In this document: in pieces, positions 1 through 19,084 of the stretch
Position numbering within the stretch: position 1 is the stretch's first letter
How the letters are laid out: the number at the start of each line of letters is the position of its first letter
NCBI GenBank assembly: GCA_963693365.1
Contig: CAVNZM010000001.1
Coordinates: 7,022,907-7,086,906, forward strand
Direction: 5' to 3'
Length of the DNA stretch: 64,000 nucleotides
Source of the DNA: Amoebidium appalachense
Lineage: Eukaryota; Protista; Ichthyosporea
Made by a program: the position numbers and the translations under genes
Notes under the pieces: generated by a model
What the model was told of the DNA's origin: nothing
Database searches by the model: none
What the model saw: only the letters and a program-made list of their open reading frames with translations

Positions 1-162
1 GGGTACATATAGCATCCTAGGCAGCTGAGTGCTCAGGCTCATTGTGTGAAAACGGTTCTTTCTTACCGTGTCCTAAATATTTATTGATGTGGTTCAAGCA
101 ACGGTTTCAAAGTGGAGTGCGCATGCACATACACACATATCTAATCACCTCTCTTTGCCCAG

Positions 163-1831
163 GGTCTTGAGGCGGTGCGGCAGGGGCGGGCTGTTGGGCG
201 GCCGGCGGTGGTGTCGATGTCGCTTGGGGGCGGCTACTCGGGGGAGCTCAACAGTGCTGTGGCCCGGCTGGTGGCCGAGGGGGTGACGGTGGTGGTGGCG
301 GCCGGCAACGACAACCAAGACGCCTGCGCCTACTCCCCCGCCAGCGAGCAGTCCGTCATCACCGTGGGCGCCACCACACAGGCTGGGAGCAGCGACGTAA
401 AGGCATCTTTTAGCAACTGGGGGAGGTGTGTGACCGTGACTCTGCTCATACCGTTGTAAACCCCCCGCTGTGGAGTCTTCTCCAGCACCTCTGTGTACCT
501 CTCATGGCCCCTTCCCCTCTCCAGTTTCCCCGTCCGAGTCCCCCGTTAGAAAACACACACACACAACCCCCTCCCTCCCTCCCCCCCTTCCTCCCCCCCT
601 CACCCTCAACCTCCCCCCCCCCCCCCCAACCCCCTCCCCTCCCTCCCCCCCTCCCCCTCCCCCCCCCCCCCCCCCCCCCGGGCTCCCGCCCCCCACCCCG
701 CGCAGCTTTAGCTTCCCCTTGGCCGTAAGTTTACCACGCACTGGACGAGGTCCTTTTTCCTTACATGCCATCAGCATACTACCAAATCATGGTGTTTTTT
801 TCATAAAGTGCGGCACGTGTCCACTCCATTCCACTTGTAGTTCCTAACTAACAAATTTTCTCGCTGCAGGTGTGTGGACATCAATGCCCCCGGTCAAGAC
901 ATCATGTCCACCTACATGGGTGGCACCCCAAGGAGTCTCTCTGGCACGTCAATGTAGGTTTCTAAATGTGGTCCATCAAAACTCCCACCGTTATCACAAC
1001 CATTGGACGCTCAGTATTGTACCTCGTTTCCTTTGAGATGCCATAGACTATGAGCTTATTCCTGGATCGGTGCTCTCTTGCCCTTGCTAGCAGTTACCTT
1101 TAGAGCTTTGGCATGTTTGGCCACTGAAGAACAGATAGGTTAGGGAAGAAGTGTGGGTATTGTATTTCCCCTGGGAAATCCGGAGGAAGGGAGGGGGGGG
1201 GGGGGGGGTACTTTAATTCTGGAAGGTACACTGTATGGGCTTAGCCTACTAGGTGTTGCTGTGAAAGGGTGAAGGGGAGGGAGGTGGGGAGGGTCAGTGG
1301 ATGGGCTTGTGTGCTCCTCAGGAGATCTAGGGGGGGGGGGGGGGGGGGTATCTGTGAAACCTAATATACCAACTGAAAATTGCTGAATGCAGGGCATGCC
1401 CCCACGTGTCTGGTGCTGCTGCCCTCTACCTCAGCCAGAACCCAACAGCAACACCTGCACAGGTGGGTTGTGCTCGTTTATTGTGTTTTGTAGCAAACGC
1501 GTTTGGAAAGTCTCATGGCAACAGTGCTGCAAGGTATTTAGGGTGAGGCACTTCGATTCGGGTCAGTAAAGTGGGCACTTTTCTCGAGTGTGTGAATTTT
1601 GGGCGTATGGCACTTGAAAGACTTAAAAAGGTTGGTTTCTTTATGAGGGGAATATAACACATGCACCTTTATGCCCATAAAAAGGGCTTGGGACGGGGGG
1701 GGTGGGGGGGTTGAATTTAGTTGTGTGTGTGTTTTGCTTGTGTGTATGTGTGTGTTTTGTGGTGGTGGTGTGTGTGTGTGTTGGGAAGGGGGGGGAGGGG
1801 GGGGGGGAGAAGGGGGCGCTGCGGGGAAACG

Positions 1832-1866
<35 letters not shown>

Positions 1867-2390
1867 TGGCAGAAGGGGTAGGGAGGGGAGGGGGGAGGGA
1901 GGGGAGGGATCCCAGAGAGGGGAAAGGGGGAGGGGAGGGATCGGGGAAGGGAGGGCCGGGGGGGGGGGGGGGGGGGGGGGGGGGAGGGGGGGGGGGGGGG
2001 GAGAGGGGATAGCGAAGCAGACGAGTAGTAATTCGTTCATTTTTACAGAGTATCAAGTACTCAGATGATGTTGATTTGGCACACTAACAAAAACCTATGC
2101 CCCAGGTTGCGTCTGCGCTGCTTGGCGTGTCTGACCGAGACATAATCAGCGGCCTCAGCAACGGCACCCCCAACACGATGCTCTACACAAACTTTGCTCA
2201 GCAACAAGCATCCACTGCAAACACCACGGAAAAACAAACGTCAAAAGTTGCCAGCGTGAAGGCAAAAACATCAAAGGTCAAGTCAAAGAAATCGAAGACT
2301 CTTCAGCTGATGCGCAAAAACCGGGAAGTTTTGGCTGTTGGTGAAATGGATGAGGTTGTTCCGGTCCCAACTGATACATATCCAATGTAG
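163..2390 (+). CDS. Proteinase K-like S8 subtilisin serine protease, copy 1 (3' part; 5' exons lie upstream of the window)
   Basis: Phase-compatible GT-AG exons 163-425, 870-953, 1393-1462, 2106-2390. Translation contains [15 protein letters not shown] (oxyanion Asn), FSNWGRCVDINAPG and catalytic SGTSMACPHVSG, then a short Lys/Ser/Thr-rich tail. Confidence 0.93.
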
Positions 2391-2836
2391 ATGTTAGCCT
2401 ATGATCTAAAGGGAATGATTATATATCTAGACTACTAAATATAGCACGTGAGGAGGTTCAAGAAATGGTGTAGAGAGATCTGAATGTATGGGCCTGTGTA
2501 ATTTTCATGGCACGCGCTATCCTACAATGCGAGACAACCAGCATAATGAGCATGTAAGGGCAAAAAAAATACATAATAGTTTGTGACTTAGAATTTTCGT
2601 GACTTTCTATGTACGGACCTATTTATCTGTGAGAGGCGCCGAAGGGTATGTGCGTGCATGTGTGGACGGTGTTGCTGTCTTCAGCAAATTTTAAATAAAC
2701 CAAAGCACATTTGATCCAGCGACCCATGCAAAGGTGCACTAGCCGCAAACACATTAGACAGTCCCCCCCCCCCCCAAAAAAAAAAAAAAAAAATAATAAT
2801 AATAATAAAAAATCCAGACACACAACAATGAACACG

Positions 2837-2869
<33 letters not shown>

Positions 2870-3532
2870 CACGCACACACCCACACACGTACACACACAC
2901 ATACACAAACACAAGGCTTCACTCACTCATACATACTCACACATTCATACACATACACACCGTGCTTCAACACCAAGAGCATCCATTACCCCCCCCCCCC
3001 CCCCCCCCTCCCCCCCCCCTCCCCCCCCCCCCCCCCCCCCCCCCCCGCCACCGCCACCGTTCGCCCCCACCACCCAACTCCCAACCATTCGCCATCGCAA
3101 CAAAACACCACCGCCACCAGCAAGTTAATCTGAGGGGACAGAGAGACATAATCAAAAAGGAGAAGAAAGAAGAGCAAAGAAGAATTTAAAAAAAAAGGGG
3201 GGGGGGGGGGGGGGGGGGGGGGGATAGGGGGTGGTGTGTGGGTGAATGGATGGGTGGGTGGGTGTTGGAGTGCAGACTTACGCTCACTCCACAATATGTG
3301 TATGTTAGCTTTACAATTGGTTCCGTGTACACAGACACACGCTGACACTCGATCACCACATGCACATCTGCATAGTTGAGGAATGTTGCCAATTGTGTTT
3401 TGACTGCAAACGATTGGTTCACTGGTCCCAGAGATCTCTAAATGAAAGTAACCAATCCGATTAGCACCTGGCATCCGGATTACATTCCAGACTGCTGCCC
3501 CACGGGTATATAAGCCACGTCTCTGCCAGGTG

Positions 3533-3702
3533 CAGTCATGGAGTTCAGTCATGGAGTTCAGACATGGAGTTCAGTCATGGAGTTCAGTCATGGAGTTAAG
3601 TCATGGAGTTAAGTCATGGAGTTCAGTCATGGAGTTCAGTCATGGAGTTCAGTCATGGAGTTCAGTCATGGAGTTAAGTCATGGAGTTCAGTCATGGAGT
3701 TA
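3533..3702 (+). repeat. 13 bp minisatellite (AGTCATGGAGTTC) inside the LTR
   Basis: 13 units in LTR1 and LTR3, 6 units in LTR2; the LTR length difference is 91 bp = 7 x 13. Lies just downstream of a TATA-like GGGTATATAAG and CCAAT boxes. Confidence 0.92.
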
Positions 3703-3783
3703 ACACACTGAAAGCAGTAAAAAACGGGTCAGCGCCCAAGCGCGCCACGACGACCCTAGTCACAGCGGACTCTACTTCCAACA

Positions 3784-3798
3784 GGGTTATGGGCCCAG
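3784..3798 (+). promoter_or_regulatory. Primer binding site (half-tRNAiMet type); second copy at 4517-4531
   Basis: GGGTTATGGGCCCAG directly after the LTR is complementary to the anticodon-arm region CUGGGCCCAUAACCC of eukaryotic initiator tRNA-Met, the priming mode of Drosophila copia/Ty5-like elements. Confidence 0.9.
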
Positions 3799-4077
3799 AC
3801 ACGACACCGCGGCCTCTAACTTCACGTCCCCTACGACGCCTTGAACGGAGGAGCCCAGAAACCGACTTCTAGGCTGTACCCTACACCCGCGAGCGTATTT
3901 CCGTGAAGTAGAGACTTTCGCTTCCACAAACTCCATCCGCAGCAGCCTGCGACATCAACGTCAAGTATTCCACTTCATTGGCGGGGCAAGCACCACAGTG
4001 GAATGCACACCCCGGTCTACCCTGCAAGCAGCCACACTCACTCTCTCTTCTCTAGTGGTGTGTACACTTCTCCAATT

Positions 4078-4086
4078 GGGTAGGGG
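4078..4086 (+). promoter_or_regulatory. Polypurine tract before LTR2; second copy at 4811-4819
   Basis: GGGTAGGGG immediately precedes the TGTTGG LTR start in both internal segments. Confidence 0.75.
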
Positions 4087-5435
4087 TGTTGGAGTGCAGA
4101 CTTACGCTCACTCCACAATATGTGTATGTTAGCTTTACAATTGGTTCCGTGTACACAGACACACGCTGACACTCGATCACCACATGCACATCTGCATAGT
4201 TGAGGAATGTTGCCAATTGTGTTTTGACTGCAAACGATTGGTTCACTGGTCCCAGAGATCTCTAAATGAAAGTAACCAATCCGATTAGCGCCTGGCATCC
4301 GGATTACATTCCAGACTGCTGCCCCACGGGTATATAAACCACGGCTCTGCCAGGTGCAGAAATGGAGTTCAGACATGGAGTTCAGTCATGGAGTTCAGTC
4401 ATGGAGTTCAGTCATGGAGTTCAGTCATGGAGTTAACACACTGAAAGCAGTAAAAAACGGGTCAGCGCCCAAGCGCGCCACGACGACCCTAGTCACAGCG
4501 GACTCTACTTCCAACAGGGTTATGGGCCCAGACACGACACCGCGGCCTCTAACTTCACGTCCCCTACGACGCCTTGAACGGAGGAGCCCAGAAACCGACT
4601 TCTAGGCTGTACCCTACACCCGCGAGCGTATTTCCGTGAAGTAGAGACTTTCGCTTCCACAAACTCCATCCGCAGCAGCCTGCGACATCAACGTCAAGTA
4701 TTCCACTTCATTGGCGGGGCACGCACCACAGTGGAATGCACACCCCGGTCTACCCTGCAAGCAGCCACACTCACTCTCTCTTCTCTAGTGGTGTGTACAC
4801 TTCTCCAATTGGGTAGGGGTGTTGGAGTGCAGACTTACGCTCACTCCACAATATGTGTATGTTAGCTTTACAATTGGTTCCGTGTACACAGACACACGCT
4901 GACACTCGATCACCACATGCACATCTGCATAGTTGAGGAATGTTGCCAATTGTGTTTTGACTGCAAACGATTGGTTCACTGGTCCCAGAGATCTCTAAAT
5001 GAAAGTAACCAATCCGATTAGCACCTGGCATCCGGATTACATTCCAGACTGCTGCCCCACGGGTATATAAGCCACGTCTCTGCCAGGTGCAGTCATGGAG
5101 TTCAGTCATGGAGTTCAGACATGGAGTTCAGTCATGGAGTTCAGTCATGGAGTTAAGTCATGGAGTTAAGTCATGGAGTTCAGTCATGGAGTTCAGTCAT
5201 GGAGTTCAGTCATGGAGTTCAGTCATGGAGTTAAGTCATGGAGTTCAGTCATGGAGTTAACACACTGAAAGCAGTAAAAAACGGGTCAGCGCCCAAGCGC
5301 GCCACGACGACCCTAGTCACAGCGGACTCTACTTCCAACAGTGGGTGGGTGGGGGGGGAGGGGGGAGAAATTTTCCTTTACATTCGATTAATGAAAGATT
5401 GGACATCCGATCAGCCGAAGCTTTGGTTTCTAATT

Positions 5436-5471
<36 letters not shown>

Positions 5472-5912
5472 CGCCCCTCCTTCCTCCCCTCAGCCTTCCC
5501 CCCCATCGTTTACTCAAAAATATCACATCCCCCCTCAGAAGAGCATAGAATGATGTTCACTCCCCCCCCCCCCCCCCCCCCCCCCCATTCACACACAGAC
5601 ACACACAAATTCCAAGTGATTATCCCAAAAGCTTGCTTGCTTGCCGTATTACGGTCTACAAACAAATCAAATACTTATTTACTGAGCACATAGACATTCT
5701 GTAAATAGCATCACATGCAGCCCGTTTCTTCACGGGGCTGTCGATCCATTCTTCCTGTATTTTCCTTTCAGGTGTAGCCCCCCCTCCCCCCCCCTCCTCC
5801 CCTCCCCCCCCCCTCCCGCACCCTCCCCCCACCCCCCACTCCCCAACCCCCCCGGCACACACACATAACTCTGAAGCCTAATCTCTATTCTTGATTAGCG
5901 AGAAATCATGCG

Positions 5913-5958
<46 letters not shown>

Positions 5959-8900
5959 GAAAAAAAAAAAAACAAGAAAAAAAAATACATACACACACAC
6001 AAACACACTGCACACACACACACACCTTCACCCCCACCACCCACCCGGCCCCGTTCTAACGAAAGAAAAAGCCGAAAGAGCAATAGCAAAAAGCGTCGAT
6101 CAACATGTTTCTTGCTTAGATCGTGGAATTATAAAGGTAACGCTGTGCTGTGCACGTGTCTGCACTTTTTTCTTGTCCTTTCTCTACCAATTTTCTATTG
6201 GATTTTCTATTGCACCATTCTCTTTTACGTCATCCCCAGTGGCCAGCTGCCACCATGAGCCAGACTTGCCCAGATCGTACTCGTTTCCCCACTTCTCAAG
6301 AAATTTTATCATATCATCACCGTCTGGTGAGTGCACACAACCCCTACCAATCAGTCCCTGGGACTGCGGGCACAATGCATAATTGCGAGGAACCATGCAA
6401 TGACAGGCAAATCAACTCAACGAGATGGGGGGTGCCGTTTGCAGGGTTTTGTGTCACCAAGTTACTCGTTCCTCTTTGATGCGACTTTGCATTGTGTGCA
6501 TTGGTGTACATCCCCAACCCCCCCCCCCCCCCGATTTGGTATATATTTTCTTCCCCCCCCCCCCCCCCCTCCTCCCCAGCCCCGCTGTCCCCCCCCTCTC
6601 CCCCCCTCCCCTCCTCCCTCCCCCCAACCCCCCTCCCCCCAGTCCTACTGCCCCCGCCTCCCCCCCCCCCCCTCCCCCCGAGCCCTTCATCCTCCTCAAC
6701 CACCACCACCAGCTGCATCAGACACCGGCTAGTACCCTCTTCTTTGCCACCCTCCCGTCTCCTTGCCCCAGCCTATATGTAAAAGGCCCCTCTCTTTCTC
6801 TCTACTCAACCTTTTCCCAAAATCTCATCACTCCTGCCCACATGTGTATCCTCCTTCCCCCATTGTACCCCTGAGGTTTTCACCGATGATATGTCTCCCC
6901 ACCTCCCTCCCCCTTCCCCAGCCCTCCCTCCCCTCACTTGCAAGCTCTAAGCAACTCCCTCCACCCAGCTCCCTTGCCATCCCCTCTTCCCTCCCCCCTT
7001 CCCCCCCCCCCCTCCCCCCCCGGGGCCCAACCTCCCTGCCCAGCTCCTCCCATGACGCCCCTACCTTCCTACCTTCCCCTTAATTTTAAAACCCGTGGAT
7101 GATTTTTTTTTCCAACCTAGTACAGGTCCGGTTATATCGCTGTTTATAATTAAGGAAACATACATAGTACTAGTCACTACGATTTATGTTCTTTAAAGAG
7201 AAAGTAAAAGAATAATCCCCCCCCCCCCCCCCCCCCCCTCCCCTCCCCCCCTCTAGAGCTCTACGACGGAAAGTTGATTCAATCCATTTGTGCACCAGAT
7301 CATGATTCCACCCCCTCTTTCCCCCATCGCCACCCACCCACCCACATCCCGGTTCGAAGTTTTCCGAGTATCACTAATTCCAAACCCCGCTTTTTGGGTA
7401 GGTGAAAGGGGGGGGAAGGGGGGGGGGGGGGGGGGGGGGGGGGGGGAGAGGGGGGGGGGGGGGGGGGGGGGGGGGTGGGGGTGGGGGGGGGGGGGGGGGG
7501 GGGGGGGGGAGGGCTGATCATGGGGGGAGGAAGGGGTCCTTGCTTCGGCTATAATAACCATGAAAATAGATTTACTAGATTAGGAAATTTTCTGGAGGTG
7601 CTGTTTTATTTTGGTGTTTGCTCAGTTTGGGAATTCCCCTCCATTGCACCTACACCAGGGTTCATGCTCAGAACCACCTGACTATACTTAGCCACTGGCA
7701 GCACCCTCTCTCTCTCTCTCTCCCCCCCCCCCCCCCCCCCCCCCCGGCCCCCCACCCCCCCCCCCCCCCCCCCCCCCCCCCGGGGACCCCTTCCCCCCCC
7801 CCCTCCCCCCTTCCCCCCCCCCCCCCCCCCTCCCCCCACTCACCACCACCACCACCACCAGGACCACCACCACGACCACCATCACCACCACCAACCTTCA
7901 ACGGTTACCTCCATTGTGCAATGCTATTTTAAAGTTCCTGCTCATAGCAACCCTTGAAGAATCATCCGACTTGTTTCAAAACGCACACAAACATACACAC
8001 ACCACGCGATGGTGGTACGTACCCAGGCACGCACGCACGCGCGCACGCGCGCACGCACACACACACACACGCACACACACACGCACCCACAGCACATACT
8101 TGTGATCACTACCGTACGGTGTAATCACACACTATGCAACATGCACACTGTCATCATACACGCGTGACCTACAGCCATCCGACACACATGAATGGGCTCG
8201 CGTTTGTGTTGGCACATGTTCATGCACAGCACAAACAACCCAGGAGAGGTACGGCCAGTAGTACGACGGCGCACGGTGGCACAAACGCACATCGGGCTCC
8301 GGATCCGCTCCAATTCATCCCCTTCGAATTCCCGGGATCCCTCGCCCCTCCCCTCCCCAGCCTCCTTCCCTCCCTCTCCTTACCTTCCCGCGAACCTTTC
8401 CTCTTGGAGAGCCCTGAAAGAGTGTTCCTGCTAGGTACCGGATTGCTCTCGTCGCCGGGTTTCTATTCTATCACGTGAAAGGGGCAGTTGAGTCTTGCAC
8501 GTGAAAATTTACAAGATGCGTGTTTAGCCAATCGGAAAAGTCCATATGTGAGCCACTACATGGAGGACGGCAAACAGATTTTACCTCCGCACAGGCCAAG
8601 GACGGTTTGACAAATCATCAACTTTGATACAAGCTAATACAGTAAACACCATTTATCATAACAAAACATATAAATATATATGTTAATATACAAAAAGTCA
8701 TATTTGTTCGCGAGTCAAAGGCCTTGCACAGCCATTAGCCTATTGCATACTGTGACGGGGCAAATCCACTCCGAGTCTTACCCATTTTTGTTGGTGCAAA
8801 AATAGCCAATCAGCATTTTTCGCAGCCAACGGTTTTTGTGTCGCGATGGCGGAACTCATATGCATGACCACCGTTGTACTTACAGGTGCACAGACTCTGC

Positions 8901-9150
8901 CACAGAGGCCAAAAAGCAACCACTTGCCCATTTCATGAAAACAAAACTTTAGTGTAATGCACTGTGTAAAAGTCCAAAGATACACCCGACAGAGTTGAAG
9001 GGCCTGTGTACTAAAAAAGTCGTATGCTTCGAATGAACAAGCAAGGGTGGTGGGTTGAAGTTCATTCTAATCGAGGCAACACGTATTAAACCCTACAGAA
9101 AACACACAGCTATGCACCCATAGGGTCTTTGTTTTTCATTTTGGCAAACC

Positions 9151-14667
<5,517 letters not shown>

Positions 14668-15217
14668 AAGAGTGGTGATTACTCACATGCGAGTCTCAGA
14701 GAAACTAACCGACACTAACAATAACCGACATTACCTCGAAGCAAAACTATAACTTGTGAATAGGACCGTGCTGAATGACCGGCAGCTGTTATGATAAAAT
14801 CTGCATTCACGTGTTTCCCAAATATCTCTATATCATGTACATACCATCAGTCGACAGTCCGGAATGAAGGACAACAGTAATGGTGGGCACCACCAGTATC
14901 AATAATCATAATAAAGCGCACATGGTTTTGTGGAAGGGAGAGGTGGGGTTGTAATGGATGGGTGGGTGGTTATGCTTGTGCTTGTGCGTGTGTGTGTGTG
15001 GATGGAGAGAAGAGGGGGGTTGAGGAGGGGGGGGAGGGGTTAGAATCATCAACAGCTATGAATCACACCCCCAGGCCTTCCAACCCTCACTGAAATAAGG
15101 CCGGGTAGCTGGGTAGCTGTGGTTGCGTTGTCCTTGGGTATTCCCTTTTTGGATGTGTACACAGTCATGCACACAGGTCCTGGGAGAAGGGGCCCCCCGG
15201 GGGGGGGGGGGGGGGGG

Positions 15218-15404
15218 TTTGAATGCGTCAAAAAGTACGAAGTACACAAGAACAAACGGCCCACGATGCAGAATGCAAGCCATACATAAAGAGTATGCAT
15301 AATAAGCAGAGCCCATCCTCAGGGGGGGCCCACGTCATCCACAGTACCCGAGTTTCGACCTATTCCCCTCGTTAACGAAACCCAACTCAGATACTGTTTC
15401 ACTT

Positions 15405-15409
<5 letters not shown>
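15218..15409 (-). repeat. Structured dispersed element, subfamily 1, truncated copy A
   Basis: Near-identical to the first ~195 bp of 49225-49473; cut off by a poly-G tract at ~15410. Confidence 0.85.
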
Positions 15410-15447
<38 letters not shown>

Positions 15448-16379
15448 AGGGGGGCAAATATGGATTTCGAAGTAACGACGTGGGAAGGGAGGGGGAGGGA
15501 GGGAGGGAGGGGGGGGGGGGGGGGGGGGGGAGGGGAGGGGGAGGGGGGGAGGGGGGAGGAGGGAGTACTGACACACGCACACATGCAATGCCCATGAACA
15601 AAAGCACACACACACAATCACACAAAGTGGCAGCATGCTGAGCCTCACATGTATACACTCCCTTCCGAACAAAACATAAAATCATAGGCACATGTTGAAA
15701 AACACCACGGCTGTGGAGCTCTGTGGGCAGACATATTCGGTAACCCTCATTTTTATTTGCTTACTACATACATAAAACCACGTATACTTGGTAGTCTCGG
15801 TGTGTGGATGTACACGTGGGTGAAATATGTGTGCACATACCGGGGCATATGTGTGTGCGCAGGCGTGTGCACGTGTGGATGTGTCTGTGTTGGCGCAGGG
15901 GTACGTGTGAATATGGAGCGCACGAAGGCCAGATTTACAAGGAATGTATATATGCTCTGTTTTACTCATAATCATTCAGAAACAAAGAACGCAATTCGTA
16001 TGCACTTCGAAAAGTACCAGGATAATGGCTGGATATTGCTTGTAACATGAACTTGCTGTCTATTCGCACCAGGAAAAGTGTAGCAAACTTCTAGGCCACG
16101 TAACCTATACAGAGGTGTCTCCTCTCCATTTTCATTCTTTGGTCGAATATTCTCAGTTTGTGTCGTCTTTAACCTAGGGTCCTGAGGGAGTTAGGAGGAG
16201 TTAGCATCGAATATATTGCCATTTATACGAACGAACCAGAGACCAAAAGAAGACGTACACATAGGCACGAGTGTTGACGGCTGGCAAAAGCAAAGAGAAA
16301 CTCCCGTCCATGCGCATCAAGCCGAAGTCACAGCCCAACATGCAAAAACACGGCACACAAAACACTGGGAAAAAGCATC

Positions 16380-16600
16380 TCAGGCATACACTGTGTGCGC
16401 ACCTGGCAAGAAAAGAGTATGTGGGTGGCAGTAATGGTGGTAATGGATGGGTCTTCGTGGTGTAGAGGAGGGAAGGGGTTGGGTGGGGTGGGGTGGGGGG
16501 GTGGGGGGAGGGGGAGATTGGTAGTGGTGGAAGTGGATTGGGTGGTGGTGGTGGTAGTGTGTGTCTGTGTCTGTGTGTTTGTGTGTGTATGTGTGTGTGT

Positions 16601-16644
<44 letters not shown>

Positions 16645-17037
16645 ATGGGGACGTGGGGCTTACACAATGGTTGTGTTCTGAGGAGATATGAATAATATCG
16701 TGCCACAACAACCACCTATGACCACCATATCGTCTGCCCAACTAAAATTTCCCGCGGGCGGAAGAGGGGGGGGGATTAGACGTTTAGGGGGGGGGGGGGG
16801 GGGGGGGCACGACATGCCATAATCTACAGACAGGCCAACGCGGGCACCCATCATCGCGGGACTTTTCTCAAACAAAACCTTACACACGAAGCAAATGAAC
16901 CCAATAAATGGGCAGGTCAGAGATATTTGAACCCATAATCCCTAAGGAGAGGCTTGGAGGGATGGGGGGAGATAAAAAAAAAGATGAGAGATGGTGGTGC
17001 TGGTGCTGGTAGTGGTGGTGGTGGTGGTGGTGTGTAT

Positions 17038-17068
<31 letters not shown>

Positions 17069-17077
17069 GGGGGGGGT

Positions 17078-17126
<49 letters not shown>

Positions 17127-18932
17127 GTTACAGCACGTACTTGGTACGAGTGTAGACATGAGCAGCTCTGAGACGAACAAAGACCTGTCTGTCTCCGTTG
17201 ATGCCTGTCTCTGCCTCTCCTCCTCCCCCTCACTCAACACTGCACCGGCAGGCCCCTCGTCTGCTGCTACCCCCTGTGTTTTTCGGCCGTTTCCTTCTGT
17301 CTTCTTGTGTTTGCTGCGTAATCGGCTCCTTGGATCCTGTATGGAAAAGAAAGACCATGGAAATAACGTTAGCCAAAAGCTAAACACGCTACAGTGCTTG
17401 CACCGACTACCTGAACCAATCGGTTTTTTGCAGTCATATGATTGGCCGGCAATGGGAAATCTATATAGCAATCGTTTTTGCTTTGCTCAGAAATTGACTG
17501 TTCAGAGTCAAACCGCCAACCAATCGCATCCCAAAGCCTTGCTTTGCACCGATTGGTTCAGAAGTTAGCGCAAGCACTGTAGCTTAATGAAAAAGGAGAC
17601 AAAACGTAAAACTAAACAGCAGCAAGAGCTGAACAAAACGCTGAAAAAAGAGAAAAAGAGCGAGGAAAAAAGGCCAGAAGCCAAGTCCCTTTACTTGTTA
17701 CTGCCTTGCCCTGCTGCCTGCCACTTCACTACTTTCGTCCCCTCCACCCCCCTCCCCTCCCCCCCCCTCCTCCCCCAAAGAGACCCCCCCCCCCCCCCCC
17801 CCCCCCTCTCTCTCTCTCTCTCTCTGAATGAATGATGGAAATAAGAACATGCAAGACTAGTTGACAGGCGCACAGCCCAAACTCTGGGCAAGGGTGTTGT
17901 AGTGGTCAGGCAGTGAAGGTCGACTCCATGTGTGTGTGTGTGTGTGTGCATGTGGTGGTGGTGGTGGTGGTGGCGATGCGGGGCAAATGGGGGGGGGGGG
18001 GGGGAGGGGGGGGGGTAGCGCAAGCTGGTAAGTCGTGTGTCTGTAAGCATGAGGTTCGTGCAATTGTGCATGCTCCATTGTTCGTACCAAGGAGAGATAT
18101 GCGTTTAGTGGTTATGGTTCGTACCAAGGAGAGATATGCGTTTAGTGGTTATGGTTCGTACCAAGGAGAGATATGCGTTTAGTGGTTATGGTTCGTACCA
18201 AGGAGAGATATGCGTTTAGTGGTTATGGTTCGTACCAAGGATGTGTCAGATAGACCCGAGGACTCCTCTGGTGCCGCACCGTCTCCAGATGACCGGCTGT
18301 CCTGGGAGTCTCGCCTGCACCCCCTTTCATTAGCCCCAACACAACAAACCTACACTAAAAGGGTTAGGAAAATGGAATGTTACTTTTGGTATCGGGAGAG
18401 CAACAGAAATGCAAGGGATGCAGCAGTGGAAAAATGGACCTTCGAATTATTGCAGTCTCTGTCTTGCATGAAAAAAGGAGGCGGGAAAGGGAACAACCAT
18501 GGTATACAGTAGGCAGGCAATTCTCAAACCGGATAACAAAGGTGCATTCTTAGCACAAGGAGCTCTTTCCGTCTATTTTTTTACATATCATGTATGTGCG
18601 CGTGAACTGCATGAAAAAGTCATAGATAAACACACACACATTATGCAAAGGGAGGCGCCATTTACCTTTGCCTTCCATCTCTTGCCCCCGCAGCAGCATT
18701 TGGACCCCCCTCCAAATTGGCAGAGGGGGGGTTCATGAGTTGGGCCACCAGGGTAGTTAGCTGGGAAAGATTTGAATTTTCACTGGGGTCTCTGGGTGCA
18801 ACCCCCCCCCGCCTGCCGGTATGAGTCCCGATATGACCGGTAGAATGGGTCACTCCCGGTGCTGTAGGACGGATCGAGAGATTGATCCCAGTCGTCTTCA
18901 TCCTGTGTTTTGTGTGCACATGTGTGTGTGTG

Positions 18933-18999
<67 letters not shown>

Positions 19000-19025
19000 T
19001 GTGTATGTGTGTGTGTGTGTTTGTG

Positions 19026-19084
<59 letters not shown>

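Larger units (their letters stand above)
3263..5340 (+). mobile_element. Non-autonomous Copia-type LTR retroelement (TRIM) with tandem LTR-internal-LTR-internal-LTR structure
   Basis: LTRs at 3263-3783, 4087-4516 and 4820-5340 each begin TGTTGGAG and end TTCCAACA. Two 303 bp internal segments at 3784-4086 and 4517-4819. 5 bp TSD GTGGG at 3258-3262 and 5341-5345. No gag/pol ORF. Confidence 0.93.

Noticed and set aside
2986-5109. Three repeated minus-strand ORFs (..RGAAVWNVIRMPGANRIGYF..)
   Set aside because: They are antisense readings of the LTR, repeated only because the LTR is repeated; no recognisable domain.
3533-5260. 13 bp repeat arrays as CRISPR
   Set aside because: Head-to-tail units with no spacers, inside LTRs, in a eukaryotic context with no cas genes.
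5700-8480. Possible minus-strand gene (fragments such as DDMIKFLEKWGNEYDLGKSGSWWQL)
   Set aside because: I could not assemble a phase-consistent exon chain or recognise a domain.
17695-17717. Candidate 23 nt KCMF1 microexon (AAGQGSNK)
   Set aside because: It has AG/GT ends but would shift the next exon out of frame unless another homopolymer error is assumed; the flanking exons join in phase without it.
18080-18241. 37 bp repeat as a CRISPR array
   Set aside because: The length is CRISPR-like, but the units are contiguous with no unique spacers.
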